Assembly: GCA_963763525.1 (NCBI GenBank)
Contig: CAVXPA010000007.1
Location: forward strand, 22,676-86,675
DNA from: an uncultured Solirubrobacterales bacterium
Lineage (GTDB): Bacteria > Actinomycetota > Thermoleophilia > Solirubrobacterales > Solirubrobacteraceae
Direction of reading: 5' to 3'
DNA length: 64,000 nt
In this document: positions 42,922-53,219 of the stretch, in pieces
Layout of the letters: every line of letters starts with the position of its first letter
Position numbering within the stretch: position 1 is the first letter of the stretch
Notes under the pieces: model-generated
Told to the model about the DNA's origin: nothing
Databases searched by the model: none
The model's input: the letters and a program-made list of their open reading frames with translations, nothing else
Translations under genes and position numbers: made by a program

Positions 42922-44092
42922 ACGACCACGCGGGAAGCCGACGGCGAGGTACGGGAGCGGCTGCTCGAGGCGTGGCGCGGCGAGATCGTCGCCGGCCGGG
43001 TCTATGAGCTGATCGCGGAGCGGATGCCCGGTAGCGAGGCGGCGATCCTGCGGCGCATGTCGGAGGCGGAGGGCGCTCATCGCGCGCGGCTGGAGGCGCG
43101 GATGACCGAGCTCGGGATCGCGATCCCGCCTCCCGACAGCGTCCACGTCTCCTGGTGGCTGCGCATGCAGGCGCGGATCGCGCCGGTCGACCGGCTGCTC
43201 GCCGCGCGTGAGGCGGCCGAGGACGAGGAGGTCGACGACCTCTACAAGCGCTCGACCGGCGATCCGGCCACCGATCAGCTGCTGCGGGACATCCGCAAGG
43301 AGGAGCGCGCGCATTCCCGCGCGGTGAGCGATCTTCGGAGCGGCTCAGCCGAGGCGGCCGCCGCGGCGGCCCCGGTCAATCCGGCGCAGGAGCGGCTGGA
43401 CCGGCTGCTCGGTCGCGAGAAGTGGCACCGCACCGGCGGCGGTTGGATCAGCAGCGCGATCTACGGCGCCAACGATGGCCTCGCGGCGGTCTTCGGGATC
43501 GTCGCCGGCGTGTCGGGCGCAACGGGCGGCTCGAGCTTCGTCCTGACCGCCGGGGCGGCGGCCGCGGTCGCCTCGGCGCTCTCGATGGCGACGGGAGCGT
43601 TTCTGGCCGACCGATCCGAGACGGAGGTGGCCGCGGCCAACATCGAGCGCGAGCGCCAGGAGATCGCCGAGCATCCCGCCGAGGAGCAGGAAGAGCTCTC
43701 GCTGTTCTACCAGCTGAAGGGGATCGACGAGGCGACCGCCGACGCGATGGCCTCGCAGCTGGCCCGCCAGACCCGACGCGATGCTGCGCGCGCTCTCAGC
43801 CGAGGAGTTCGGCGTCACGGGCGAGCCAGGCAAGCCCGCGCAGGCGGCGGCCGCGGCGGGCGTCTCGACCGGCCTGGGCGCGATCATCCCGGTGATCCCG
43901 TTCATCTTCACCACCGGCAGCTTGGCGACGATCATCGCCGCGGTGATCTCCCTCATCGCCCACTTCCTCGTCGGCGCGGCGAAGTCGCTCGTGACGCTTC
44001 GCAGCTGGTGGTCGGCCGGGCTCGAGATGACGCTCGCCGGCGCGATCGTCGGCGGCGCGACCTATCTGGTCGGCCTCGCACTGCCCACTTAG
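42922..44092 (+). CDS. Ferritin-like (rubrerythrin) domain + VIT1/CCC1 domain protein (MbfA-like architecture); frameshift near 43770
   Basis: EIVAGRVY, EAEGAH, EDEEVDDLY, EERAH (diiron-type pattern); IYGANDGL, SALSMATG, PAEEQEEL, GAIIPVIPF, GAAKS. No canonical start before 43024. Confidence 0.85.
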
Positions 44093-44160
44093 TGCGGCGT
44101 TCCAAAGGGCTGCGATGTTCCCAGGAGTGGCTTTTGCGCGACTGTAGAAGTTCCTCCTGC

Positions 44161-44266
44161 ACCAGGGTGACCGCAGGCCGTGGCGCGACCAGGGTGACCG
44201 CAGGCCGTGGCGCGACCAGGGTGACCGCAGGCCATGGCGCGACCAGGGTGACCGCAGGCCATGGCG
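44161..44266. repeat. Tandem repeat, 27 bp x ~4
   Basis: ACCAGGGTGACCGCAGGCC(G/A)TGGCGCG at 44161, 44188, 44215 and 44242. Confidence 0.92.
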
Positions 44267-44480
44267 AACTTTGCGGATCTGGTTCCGAGGGGTGGAACTA
44301 GACCCGCAACGTTCGCTCGTGGCAAGCTTGCGCCGGACCTTGGAGATCTGGTTCCGGCGCGGTCGCGCTCGTCCGGCGCGATCTCGTCGCCACCGTCCGC
44401 GACCTCGATCTCGATCGCGTCCGCGACCGGCTGCGCAGAACCCCTGCTTCAGGCGCCGGATAAGTCACATTGCACTGACG

Positions 44481-45128
44481 CTATGCGCCCACGAGACTGA
44501 CGCCGTCGGGGAGCGAGGCCAGCGTGCTCTCCTGTGGGTGACTCGGGTCCTGGGCGCCCTGGAGCTCGATGATCTGACCCATCGACAGATAGCCGACTCC
44601 GACCACATCCGTCCACACGAACGCCTGCACGGGCCATCCGTCTCTCTCCCGTTCAGCGGTCGGATGGATGACACTGCACACTGCCGCGCGGCCGGCGAGA
44701 TCCGTCGAGTCGACCGACTCCATACGACCGAGGACCCCATCGAGCGCGGCGATCGAGGGTAGGCGTATGCCCACGTGACCCGAGCGGTACGGGCGCTGTT
44801 CGCGCATGACCTGGAATTCGGCGTGTGCGCTGGCCAGCTTGGTCGTGCCGGCATCGATCTGCTGTTGGAGTTCGACCTCGACCTCGAGCTGCTCGGGCTC
44901 CATCTCGGATAGATAGAACACGTTGCCGCTGATGCTCGCGTCGGATGGCTCGATTCGTGCAACCAGGTACTTCCCCAGTGCGCCGGCATCGATTTCGTTG
45001 CACTGGCATCCGAGCAGCTCGAACAGCTGGATCGCGAGCTGGCGTTCTCCCGGACGGTAGAGCAGCTCGAGGTGATTGAGCTGCCGCGAACCCGTGGCAG
45101 CCGCGGGCTGATCCTGTTGGTCCGTCAT
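44481..45128 (-). CDS. Hypothetical protein, possible VOC/glyoxalase fold
   Basis: LNHLELLYRPGERQLA...FELLG, GHVGIRL, QIIELQ; purine-rich RBS. Confidence 0.7.
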   Translation of the reverse strand: MTDQQDQPAAATGSRQLNHLELLYRPGERQLAIQLFELLGCQCNEIDAGALGKYLVARIEPSDASISGNVFYLSEMEPEQLEVEVELQQQIDAGTTKLASAHAEFQVMREQRPYRSGHVGIRLPSIAALDGVLGRMESVDSTDLAGRAAVCSVIHPTAERERDGWPVQAFVWTDVVGVGYLSMGQIIELQGAQDPSHPQESTLASLPDGVSLVGA

Positions 45129-45188
45129 GACTCCCTCCCCCATCGAGAAACAGTGAGTCTGTTCGCCGAAGCGAACGCACTCAGCATA

Positions 45189-45234
45189 TCTACGCCGAGC
45201 AATCACCTCTACCTCTACGCCGAGCAATCACCTC
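45189..45234. repeat. Direct repeat, 21 bp x2 (25-bp period)
   Basis: TCTACGCCGAGCAATCACCTC at 45189 and 45214. Confidence 0.85.
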
Positions 45235-45304
45235 CGGACCGCGCACCGCCACGATCTCGGCGGGCGAGGCGTGTGGATCCGTCGACCCCTCGCGCTACGC
45301 GCCG

Positions 45305-45682
45305 CTACGCCGCTGCCTCAGCCTCGGCGCGGCCCGCGAGCTCCCACAGTGCGTGCTTCTCGCCGTACGTGAGCCGCTGCCAGCGGTCGTCGTCGTCGAG
45401 CCAGGCGTAGACGTCGATATCCATGATGCTCCGGACGTCCTTGAGGGCGTCGACGGTCTCGCGGGCACCGGCGCCATCGACCAACGCCTGCCTGCTCATC
45501 AGGTCGACGACTTTGAAACGGCGAGGCGGCCTGGGGCTGGGCTCCTCCCGTGGACGCCGGGACGGCTTGCGCCGGGTCAGGACCGGCTCAACCGGCGAGG
45601 AGCGCTTCGTGACGCGCTCGAGCGGCACCATCGTGGCGCCGGTGCCCTTCGTGGCCGTGTCCAAAACCCAGGTAGTTGCCAT
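45305..45682 (-). CDS. Hypothetical protein (125 aa)
   Basis: ATG start; globular-looking sequence WVLDTATKGTGA...FKVVDLMS...WQRLTYGE. Confidence 0.7.
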   Translation of the reverse strand: MATTWVLDTATKGTGATMVPLERVTKRSSPVEPVLTRRKPSRRPREEPSPRPPRRFKVVDLMSRQALVDGAGARETVDALKDVRSIMDIDVYAWLDDDDRWQRLTYGEKHALWELAGRAEAEAAA

Positions 45683-45778
45683 ATATCCAGCGTAGAACAG
45701 ATCGGGATGTGCCGGACCAGGCCGGCACGGTTATTCTCGGCGCGAGCGCAAGTGCGACCGCAGCCCGCGACCCGGAGA

Positions 45779-47194
45779 GTGGATGACCGCACGCGCGAGG
45801 GCGTCGATGTCCGCGCGTTGATGCGTCGCGCCGCGGACGCGGCGGCGGACTACCTCGACGGCGTCGGACAGCGGCCGGTCGCCGCGACCGCGTCGGCGGC
45901 GCAGTTGCGCGAGCGGCTCCTGCGGCCGGTCCCCGAGGTCGGCACCGAGCCTCAGCGGATCCTCGACGAACTGATCAGCGACACCGCGGGCGGCCTCCTC
46001 GGGTCGACCGGCGGTCGGTTCTTCGGCTGGGTGATCGGTGGCGCCGTGCCGGCGGCCCTCGCGGCTGACTGGTTGACCTCCGCATGGGACCAGAACGCGG
46101 CTCTGTACGCGTGCAGTCCGGCGGCGGCGATCGTCGAGGAGGCTTGTCGCGCGTGGATCATCGACATCCTCGGCCTGCCGCGAGAGACGTCCATGGCGCT
46201 CGTCACAGGCTGCCAGATGGCGCATGTGACGGCGCTCGCCAGCGCCCGCGGCGCGTTGCTGTCCCAGCGCGGCTGGGACGTCGAGCGCGACGGGCTCACG
46301 GGCGCCCCGCGGATCCGGCTGCTCGCGACGCGTAACCGCCACATCTCGATCGACCGCGCGGCCCGGCTGCTGGGCATGGGCACCGCCGCGGTGATCGAGC
46401 CGGCCACCGACGATCGCGGCCGGATCGAGCTCGGCTCGCTCGAGCGGCACCTCGCCGAGGCGGGCGACGCGCCGACGATCGCGGTGCTGCAGGCGGGCGA
46501 TGTCAACACGGGACTGTTCGATCCGCTGGGCGGCGCGATCGACCTCGTCCATGAGCACGATGGCTGGGCCCACATCGACGGCGCGTTCGGCGTGTGGGCC
46601 GCCGCCAGCCCCCAGCACGCGGCGATGCTCGACGGCTTCGAGCGAGCGGACTCCTGGGCGACCGACGGCCACAAGTGGCTCAACGTCCCGTATGACTGCG
46701 GGATCGCGCTGATCGCCCATCCGGATCCGCACCGAGCGGCGATGTCGGCGCGCGCGAGCTATCTCGTGCACGACTCCGAGGCCCGCGATGAGCTCGACTG
46801 GAACCCTGATTTCTCGCGCCGCGCGCGTGGCTTCGCGCTGTACGCGGGACTGCGCGAGCTCGGCCGCGAGGGGATCGGCGAGTTGGTCGCGCGAACCGCG
46901 CGTCTGGCGGCGCGGCTGGTCGCCGAGATCGGGGCGCTGCCGGGTGGGGAGGTGCTGTCGCCCGCGAGCGTCAACCAGGGCCTGGTTCGCTTCCTCGATC
47001 CAGGCGGCGACCACGACGCGCGCACCGACGCGGTCGTCGCGGCGATTCAGCGCGAGGGCACCGCGTGGATGGGCGCGACGACCTGGAACGGGCTGCGCGC
47101 GATGAGGATCAGCGTTTGCAACTGGCAGACGACGGACCGCGATGTCGACCTGACAGTCGAGGCCGTCAGGCGCGTCCTGCGCGGGCTTGCATGA
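45779..47194 (+). CDS. Group II PLP-dependent (aromatic amino-acid-type) decarboxylase
   Basis: RFFGWVIGG, DWLTSAWDQN, AGDVNTG, HIDGAFG, ADSWATDGHKWLNVPYDCG, SRRARGF, MRISV. Confidence 0.92.
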   Translation: MDDRTREGVDVRALMRRAADAAADYLDGVGQRPVAATASAAQLRERLLRPVPEVGTEPQRILDELISDTAGGLLGSTGGRFFGWVIGGAVPAALAADWLTSAWDQNAALYACSPAAAIVEEACRAWIIDILGLPRETSMALVTGCQMAHVTALASARGALLSQRGWDVERDGLTGAPRIRLLATRNRHISIDRAARLLGMGTAAVIEPATDDRGRIELGSLERHLAEAGDAPTIAVLQAGDVNTGLFDPLGGAIDLVHEHDGWAHIDGAFGVWAAASPQHAAMLDGFERADSWATDGHKWLNVPYDCGIALIAHPDPHRAAMSARASYLVHDSEARDELDWNPDFSRRARGFALYAGLRELGREGIGELVARTARLAARLVAEIGALPGGEVLSPASVNQGLVRFLDPGGDHDARTDAVVAAIQREGTAWMGATTWNGLRAMRISVCNWQTTDRDVDLTVEAVRRVLRGLA

Positions 47195-47203
47195 GCTGAT
47201 TCC

Positions 47204-49324
47204 GTGAGCAGCAAGATCGTCAAGTCGACCTGTCAGCTCGACTGCCCGGATGCCTGCGGTCTCCTCGTCGAGGTCGACGAGGACACCGGTCGGGTCGTCT
47301 CGTTGCGCGGTAATCCCGATCATCCGTTCACGGGGAGCGGCGTCTGCGGCAAGGTGGCCCGCTCGGTGCCGGCGCTGTATGACTCGGGCCGGCTGCTCTA
47401 TCCGCTCAAGCGGATCGGCACCAAGGGCGAGGGCAGATTCGAGCGCATCTCGTGGGAGCAGGCGCTCGCCACGATCGCTACGGCGCTGCAGCGTGCGATC
47501 GATACCCACGGGCCACAATCGATCCTGCCGCTGTACTTCGCCGGCACGATGGGTCACGTCCAGAGCTGGGTGTTCGGCCCGCGGCTGTTCGCGCACATGG
47601 GCGCCTCGCGGCTGGACACCACCATCTGCGACAGCGCGGCGTGGGCGGCGTGCCGCTATCTGCTCGGCGCCTCGGTCGGCTACGACCCCGAGGACATCGT
47701 CGAGGCCAAGCTCGTGATCCTCTGGGGCATCAACACGCTGACGGCCAACATGCACCATTGGCCGTTCATCCGCGAGGCGCAGCGTCGAGGAGCCCACATC
47801 GTCGCGATCGACCCGATTCGGACCGACACCGCTGCCAGGTGCGATCAGCACGTCGCGCCGATGCCGGGCACGGACGCGGCCCTTGCGCTGGCGCTGATGC
47901 AGTTCGTGGTCGAGCAGGGCGCGCACGACGAGGACTGGCTCGAGCGGTACACCGTCGGTTGGCCACAGCTGCGCGAGCGGCTGCGCCAGTGGCCGATCGA
48001 GCGCGCCGCCGAGATCTGCCGGCTCGACGCAGGCGTCGTGGAGCGCCTCGGCGAGCGTCTTGCGAGGACAAGGCCGACGGCACTGCGGGCCGGCCTCGGA
48101 CTGCAGCGCACGGCCGGCGGCGGCGCGTCGATCAGGGCGATCATGGCGATCCCGGCGCTGACCGGCGACTGGCGCTACGTCGGCGGTGGTGGGCTGAGCG
48201 AGACGGTCGGTCACTTCCCCTACGACTTCTCGGATCACATCGTGCCGCCCGGGATGCCGGCGCCACCCGCTCGCACCGTCAACATGTCCCGCGTCGGCGA
48301 GGCGCTGACCGAGCTGGACAGTCCACCGGTCGCCGCGACGGTCGTCTGGAACTACAACCCGGTCGCCAGCAACCCGAACCAGAACCGCGTCGTTCGCGGG
48401 TTCGAGCGCGAGGACCTGTTCGTCGCCGTCATCGAGCAGCGGCTAACGGACACCACCGACTACGCCGACATCGTGCTGCCCTCGACGTCGCATTTCGAGC
48501 AGCTCGACATCGTCGACTCCTACGGCCACAACTACCTGGGCTGGAACGCGCTGGCCGCGCAGCCGCCTGGCGAGTGCCGCTCCAACGCCCAGATCTTTCG
48601 CGAGCTGGCGAGCGTCATGGGCTACGACCACCCGCGCGTGCACGACAGCGAACTGGATCTGATCGACCAGTTCTTGGACAACGACGCCTGCCGCGCGCGC
48701 GGCATCACGGCCGCGGCGCTGCGCGAGCACGGATTCGTGCGAGCGGCGGACTTCCAGCGCGGCTGCGCCCCGTTCGCCGAGGGAGGATTCCCGTCGCCTT
48801 CCGGCAAGGTCGAGCTGTGGTCCCAGGCTGCGGCCGACGAGGGCGTCGACCCGCTCGTCGGCTACGTGCCCGCGACGGAGGTGACCGACCAGGAGCTCGA
48901 GCAGCGGTTCCCGCTCGTCCTGATCACGCCCGCGACGCGGTTCTTCCTGAACTCGACGTTCGCCTCGGGCGACTGGCACCGCCGCCGGACAGGAGCGATC
49001 CGCCTCGTGATCAACCCCGCGGACGCCGCGTCGCGCGGGCTCAGCGACGGTGACACGGCGCGAATCTTCAACGACCGCGGAGCCTTCTACGCCGATGTCG
49101 CGGTCAGCGACGCGGCGCGCCCGGGCGTCGTCATGGCGCCGAAGCAGTACTGGCGCAGGTTCGCGCGCGGACAGGCCACGCCCAACGTCACCACGCCTGA
49201 GCGCGACGCCGACATGGCGGGCGCGCCGACGTTTCACGACAACAGGGTCGACGTCGTGCGCGCCGATGCGGGCACCGGCGCCACGGCCAACCGGCGCGCG
49301 ACGGCGTCAATGACCGCCGAGTGA
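47204..49324 (+). CDS. Molybdopterin-dependent oxidoreductase with N-terminal 4Fe-4S
   Basis: CQLDCPDAC...GNPDHPFT...CGK, PGTDAALAL, TDTTDYADIVLP, SGKVEL, FLNSTF, INPADAASRGL. Confidence 0.93.
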   Translation: MSSKIVKSTCQLDCPDACGLLVEVDEDTGRVVSLRGNPDHPFTGSGVCGKVARSVPALYDSGRLLYPLKRIGTKGEGRFERISWEQALATIATALQRAIDTHGPQSILPLYFAGTMGHVQSWVFGPRLFAHMGASRLDTTICDSAAWAACRYLLGASVGYDPEDIVEAKLVILWGINTLTANMHHWPFIREAQRRGAHIVAIDPIRTDTAARCDQHVAPMPGTDAALALALMQFVVEQGAHDEDWLERYTVGWPQLRERLRQWPIERAAEICRLDAGVVERLGERLARTRPTALRAGLGLQRTAGGGASIRAIMAIPALTGDWRYVGGGGLSETVGHFPYDFSDHIVPPGMPAPPARTVNMSRVGEALTELDSPPVAATVVWNYNPVASNPNQNRVVRGFEREDLFVAVIEQRLTDTTDYADIVLPSTSHFEQLDIVDSYGHNYLGWNALAAQPPGECRSNAQIFRELASVMGYDHPRVHDSELDLIDQFLDNDACRARGITAAALREHGFVRAADFQRGCAPFAEGGFPSPSGKVELWSQAAADEGVDPLVGYVPATEVTDQELEQRFPLVLITPATRFFLNSTFASGDWHRRRTGAIRLVINPADAASRGLSDGDTARIFNDRGAFYADVAVSDAARPGVVMAPKQYWRRFARGQATPNVTTPERDADMAGAPTFHDNRVDVVRADAGTGATANRRATASMTAE

Positions 49325-50004
49325 TGCTGCGCCTGATCGGCGTGGTGCTGTCGGTCGGGTTGGCTGACTCGATCAACCCGACCACGGTCGGCCCAGGCCT
49401 GTTCCTGGCGACCGGCTCAAAGCGCACCGCGCGGGTCACGCAGTTCACGCTCGGCGTGTTCGCGGTCAACCTGATCGTGGGGATCGTGCTGACGATCGGC
49501 CCGGGGCGCGCGCTCCTCGGCCTGGTGCCGCGTCCTCACCCGCGAACCACGGTCAAGCACGTGATCGAGATCGTGGCGGGCGCGGTTCTGCTCGCCGCGG
49601 CGCTGCTCGTGTGGCTGAGACGACGAAGCCTCTCGAAGCGCGCGCTGCCCATGAGCGGGGCCGGGGGCGGTGGCGGCAGCTCCGCGCTCGTCGCCGGCGC
49701 GACGGTCTCGGTGGTCGAGCTGCCGACCGCGGCGCCGTATTTCGCGGTGATCGCCGGCGTCGTCGCGTCGAGCGCGACCGTGCCACAGGAGATCCTGCTG
49801 ATCGTGCTCTACAACGTCGCGTTCGTGCTCCCACTGCTGGCGATCATCGCCGTCGTGCTGTTCGGCGGTCCGCGGGCTGACGAACTGCTCGGGCGGGGCG
49901 GTGCGTGGCTGCAACGCCGCTGGCCGGAGGTTCTCGCGGGGCTGCTGCTGCTCGTCGGCAGTGTTCTGCTCCTGATCGGGGGCGCCGGGCTCGTAAGGTC
50001 ATAG
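49321..50004 (+). CDS. GAP/Sap family membrane protein
   Basis: GLADSINP, VELPTAAPYF, LYNVAFVLPL; about six TMs. Confidence 0.8.
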   Translation: MMLRLIGVVLSVGLADSINPTTVGPGLFLATGSKRTARVTQFTLGVFAVNLIVGIVLTIGPGRALLGLVPRPHPRTTVKHVIEIVAGAVLLAAALLVWLRRRSLSKRALPMSGAGGGGGSSALVAGATVSVVELPTAAPYFAVIAGVVASSATVPQEILLIVLYNVAFVLPLLAIIAVVLFGGPRADELLGRGGAWLQRRWPEVLAGLLLLVGSVLLLIGGAGLVRS

Positions 50005-50012
50005 GTGTGCGA

Positions 50013-50100
50013 CGTTGCGAGGCTTCCCGCCCACCCGGAGGTTGCGAGGGCTTGCCACCCGACCCCGGAGATTGCGAGCGCTTGCGAGCGCTTGCCACTC
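50013..50100. repeat. Imperfect tandem repeat (~28-29 bp x3)
   Basis: TTGCGAG..CTT..C...CCCGGAG recurs three times. Confidence 0.6.
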
Positions 50101-50106
50101 CCCGAG

Positions 50107-50221
50107 CCTGGACAACTGCCCACTCGAGCGTCGGAAAACGGCGAGTGGGCAGTTAGCCGCCCACCAGCTGGTCAACGTCCCAGTGGCCGTTGAGCGGAGC
50201 GCGAGTGGGACGATCTCCAGG
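50107..50221. repeat. 115-bp palindromic dispersed element, copy 2
   Basis: The reverse complement aligns without gaps to 15930-16044 (85/115 identical by hand count); internal 13-bp perfect stem AACTGCCCACTCG/CGAGTGGGCAGTT. Confidence 0.8.
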
Positions 50222-50243
50222 TTCTGCTGGGACCCCTGGAACT

Positions 50244-50325
50244 CACGCCGCGGGCGGCCACCCATCACGCCGCGGGCGGCCACCCATCACGCCGCGGGCG
50301 GCCACCTCTCACGCCGCGGGCGACC
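50244..50325. repeat. Tandem repeat, 22 bp x ~4
   Basis: CACGCCGCGGGCGGCCACCCAT repeated. Confidence 0.9.
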
Positions 50326-50389
50326 CGGCCCCACCAACCACGCCGCGGACGGCCCAGGACTCACGCGGCGAACATCTGGATAAAAATCG

Positions 50390-50417
50390 TTAGGCGTTCC
50401 TAATTAGGCCCGCCTAA
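50390..50417. promoter_or_regulatory. Two abutting DtxR-family-type operator palindromes
   Basis: TTAGG-CGTT-CCTAA immediately followed by TTAGG-CCCG-CCTAA, upstream of iron-uptake genes. Confidence 0.75.
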
Positions 50418-50477
50418 TCTGTGCTAGGGTTCCGCGACCGCGATCCGGAGCCCGCGCTCCGCGCAGCCGCCTCACAG

Positions 50478-51633
50478 ATGGCCGAGACCCCCAGCACCGC
50501 TTCCAGCACGCCATCGGGCCCGACGGCTACCAGCACGCCTGCGGCCTCAACGCCCAAGCGCGAGCTTTCCTCGCGGCGCAGTTTCTACGTCTGGGTGGCT
50601 GCCGTGCTCGGCGTCTCGGTGGCGGCGGTGATCCTGGGCTGGCACTCGAGCGGCGGCACGCCCGACCCGAGCAACCCGGCCAACCACATGAGCCCCACGA
50701 GCGCGGTGATCGACAGCGCGATCCTCGTGTTCCGCGAGGGGCTCGAGACGATCCTCGTGCCTGGCGGCGATCACCGCGAGCTTCCTCGGCGCCAACAAGG
50801 TCTACCGCCGCCCGGTCGCCGCCGGCGGAGGGATCGCGCCTCGCGGCGACCGTCGGCGACGTGGTTTGCCGCGGTCTGGGTGATCGGCCAGTTCGGCGGC
50901 CAGCGGCCTCGACCTTCAGGCGGCGACCGGGATGCCGGCGATCATCGTGCTGCTCATGGTGATGAACTGGTTCTTCCACCGCGTCTACTGGACCGGCTGG
51001 ATCTCCCACCACCACAAGCGCCGCCGCGGCCTGCTGTCCGGCGACGCCGACAAGACGATGCGCGCCACGCTGCTCGGCCTCGCTCTGCTCGGCTTCACGT
51101 CGATCTACCGCGAGGGGTTCGAGATCGTGATCTTCCTGCAGAACCTCCGCGTGACGTTCGGCTCGAGCGTAGTGCTGGAGGGCGTGCTGCTCGGCTGCCT
51201 GTTCACCGCCGCAGTGGGCGTGCTGACGTTCGCCCTGCACCAGCGGCTCCCGTACAAGCGCCTGCTGATCATCACCGGCGCGCTGCTCGTCGTGGTGCTG
51301 TTCGTGATGGTCGGCGAGGAAGTCAACGAGATGCAGCTCGCGGGCTGGATCGGCACGACGCCGATCGGCATCCAGTTCCCGGGCTGGGCGGGACAGTGGT
51401 TCTCGCTGTTCCCGAACGTCCAGACGATCGTCGCGCAGGTGCTCGCGGTCACGCTGGTGGTCGGCTCGTACTTCGGGCGCGCAGTACCTTCGCGTGGGGC
51501 GCAAGCGTCGGCGGGGCGAGCCGGTGGCGCAGGTGGCTCAGCGGCCGCCGAGCCAGCCGGCGGGAATCGTCCCGCTCACGCCGACCGCCTGATCCCCCAG
51601 CGGGGAAGGTCCCGCTCACCCTCGGCGTCATAG
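50478..51633 (+). CDS. FTR1/EfeU-family iron permease; several frameshifts
   Basis: Two RExxE motifs (FREGLE, YREGFE); MNWFFH; multiple TMs. Confidence 0.88.
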
Positions 51634-51664
51634 CTCTCGTGAGCACCCCGAGCGGCAGCTTGAG

Positions 51665-53218
51665 ATGAGCAGATCCGCGCGCGTCCCGCGCGGGCTCCTC
51701 CTGGTCAGTTGCGCCGTCGCCGCCGTCGTCCTGCTACCTGTCCTGGTGACGATCGTTCAAGCGCTGCAGGGCGGCGTCCCGGCCGCGAGGGCGGCGATCA
51801 CGGCGAGCTCGACGCCGACGCTGCTGCGCAACACGCTCGAGCTCGCGGCAGTCGTGACGCCCGTCGCGGGGATCCTCGGCGTCGCCACGGCGTGGGTGGT
51901 CGAGCGCACGCGCGTTCCGGGCCGCCGGATCTGGCCGCTGCTGCTCGTCGCGCCGCTCGTCGTGCCGCTGTTCGTGACGAGCTACGCGTGGGCGACGCTG
52001 AGCCCGTCGCTGACCGGGTTCTGGGGCGCCGCCGGGATCGTCACGTTCTCCTATTACCCGATCGTGTTGCTGCTCGTGGCCGCGTCGCTGCGAGTCATGG
52101 ATCCGGCGCTCGAGGAGACGGCGCGCTCGCTCGGGCTGGGGCCGTGGCGCACGTTCTGCCGGGTCGTTCTGCCGCAGCTGCGCCCGGCTCTGCTCGGCGG
52201 CATGCTGCTCGTCCTGCTCGACACGCTGGTCGAGTTCGACGCGTTCGTCGCGCTCAAGTTCCAGACGCTGTCGGTCAACATCTACGCGCAGTACCAGCTG
52301 AGCTTCAGCGCGTCCGGCGCGGCCGCGCTGGCACTGCTCTCGATCGTGCTCTGCGTCGCTCGTCCTGATCGGCGAGCACGCGCCTGCGCGGCGGCGCCAA
52401 CTACACGCGGATCAGCCAGGGCGCGCGGCGGGCGAGCGTCCGCTACGGGCTCGGGCGGCGCGAGCCGTTCCGGTCCTGCTCGGTCTTGGCCTGCTCGTCG
52501 CCGATCAGCCTCGGAATCCCGCTGGGGCTGCTGATCCACTGGTTCGCGGCTGGAGGCGGCACGGCCGGCGCGCCCGCCGGCAGCGGTTCGCTGTGGCCGG
52601 CGACGCTCACGTCCGTGCTGCTCGGCATCGCTTCCGCGTTCGTGGCATTGCTGCTCGCGCTGCCGGTCGCGATGCTCGCGGTCCGCTACTCCGGGCGGCT
52701 CGCCACGACGATCGAGCGCAGCGTCTACCTGTCGTTCGCGCTGCCGGACCTCGTGGCCGCGATCGCGATCGCGTACGGCGCCAGCCGGCTCACCGGCTTC
52801 CTGTACGGCACGGTCGTGTTGACGGTGCTCGCGGAGGCGATGCTGTTCGTGCCGTTCGCGGTCGTCGCGCTGCGCAGCACGCTCGGCCTGGTCGAGCCCG
52901 CGCTCGAGGAATCGGGCCGCTCGCTCGGGCTGGGGCCGTTGCGGACCGTGTGGCGCGTGACGGTGCCGCTGGCGCGCCCCGGGATCGCGGCGGCCGCCGT
53001 TCTCGTGTTCGCGTTCGTGCTCGGGCGATCTTTCGACCGCTCAGGTTCTGCTCCCGCCCGGACTGAGCACGCTGGGCACGGAGTTCTGGGCCGACAGCGG
53101 CTCGGTCGCGTTCGCCGCGGCGGCTCCGTACGCGGCGGTGCTGATCGTCCTGGCGCTCGGCGCGACGTACGTCCTGATGAGCCGGTTCGGCCGCGTCCGC
53201 GGCGTCGCCGAGGACTGA
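51665..53218 (+). CDS. Fe3+ ABC transporter permease (FbpB-like); frameshifts near 52360, 52480 and 53025
   Basis: Two EAA loops (LEETARSLG, LEESGRSLG); duplicated permease domain. Confidence 0.88.
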
Positions 53219-53219
53219 C

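Noticed and set aside
44161-44266. Repeat arrays (also 50244-50325 and 17791-17931) as CRISPR
   Set aside because: Units are contiguous or degenerate, without unique spacers, and there are no cas genes.
45731-48238. Long antisense or alternate-frame ORFs (also 24435-26666, 40384-42186, 60257-62677, 9094-10791)
   Set aside because: Arg/Ala/Pro-rich shadow frames of real genes, expected at this GC content.
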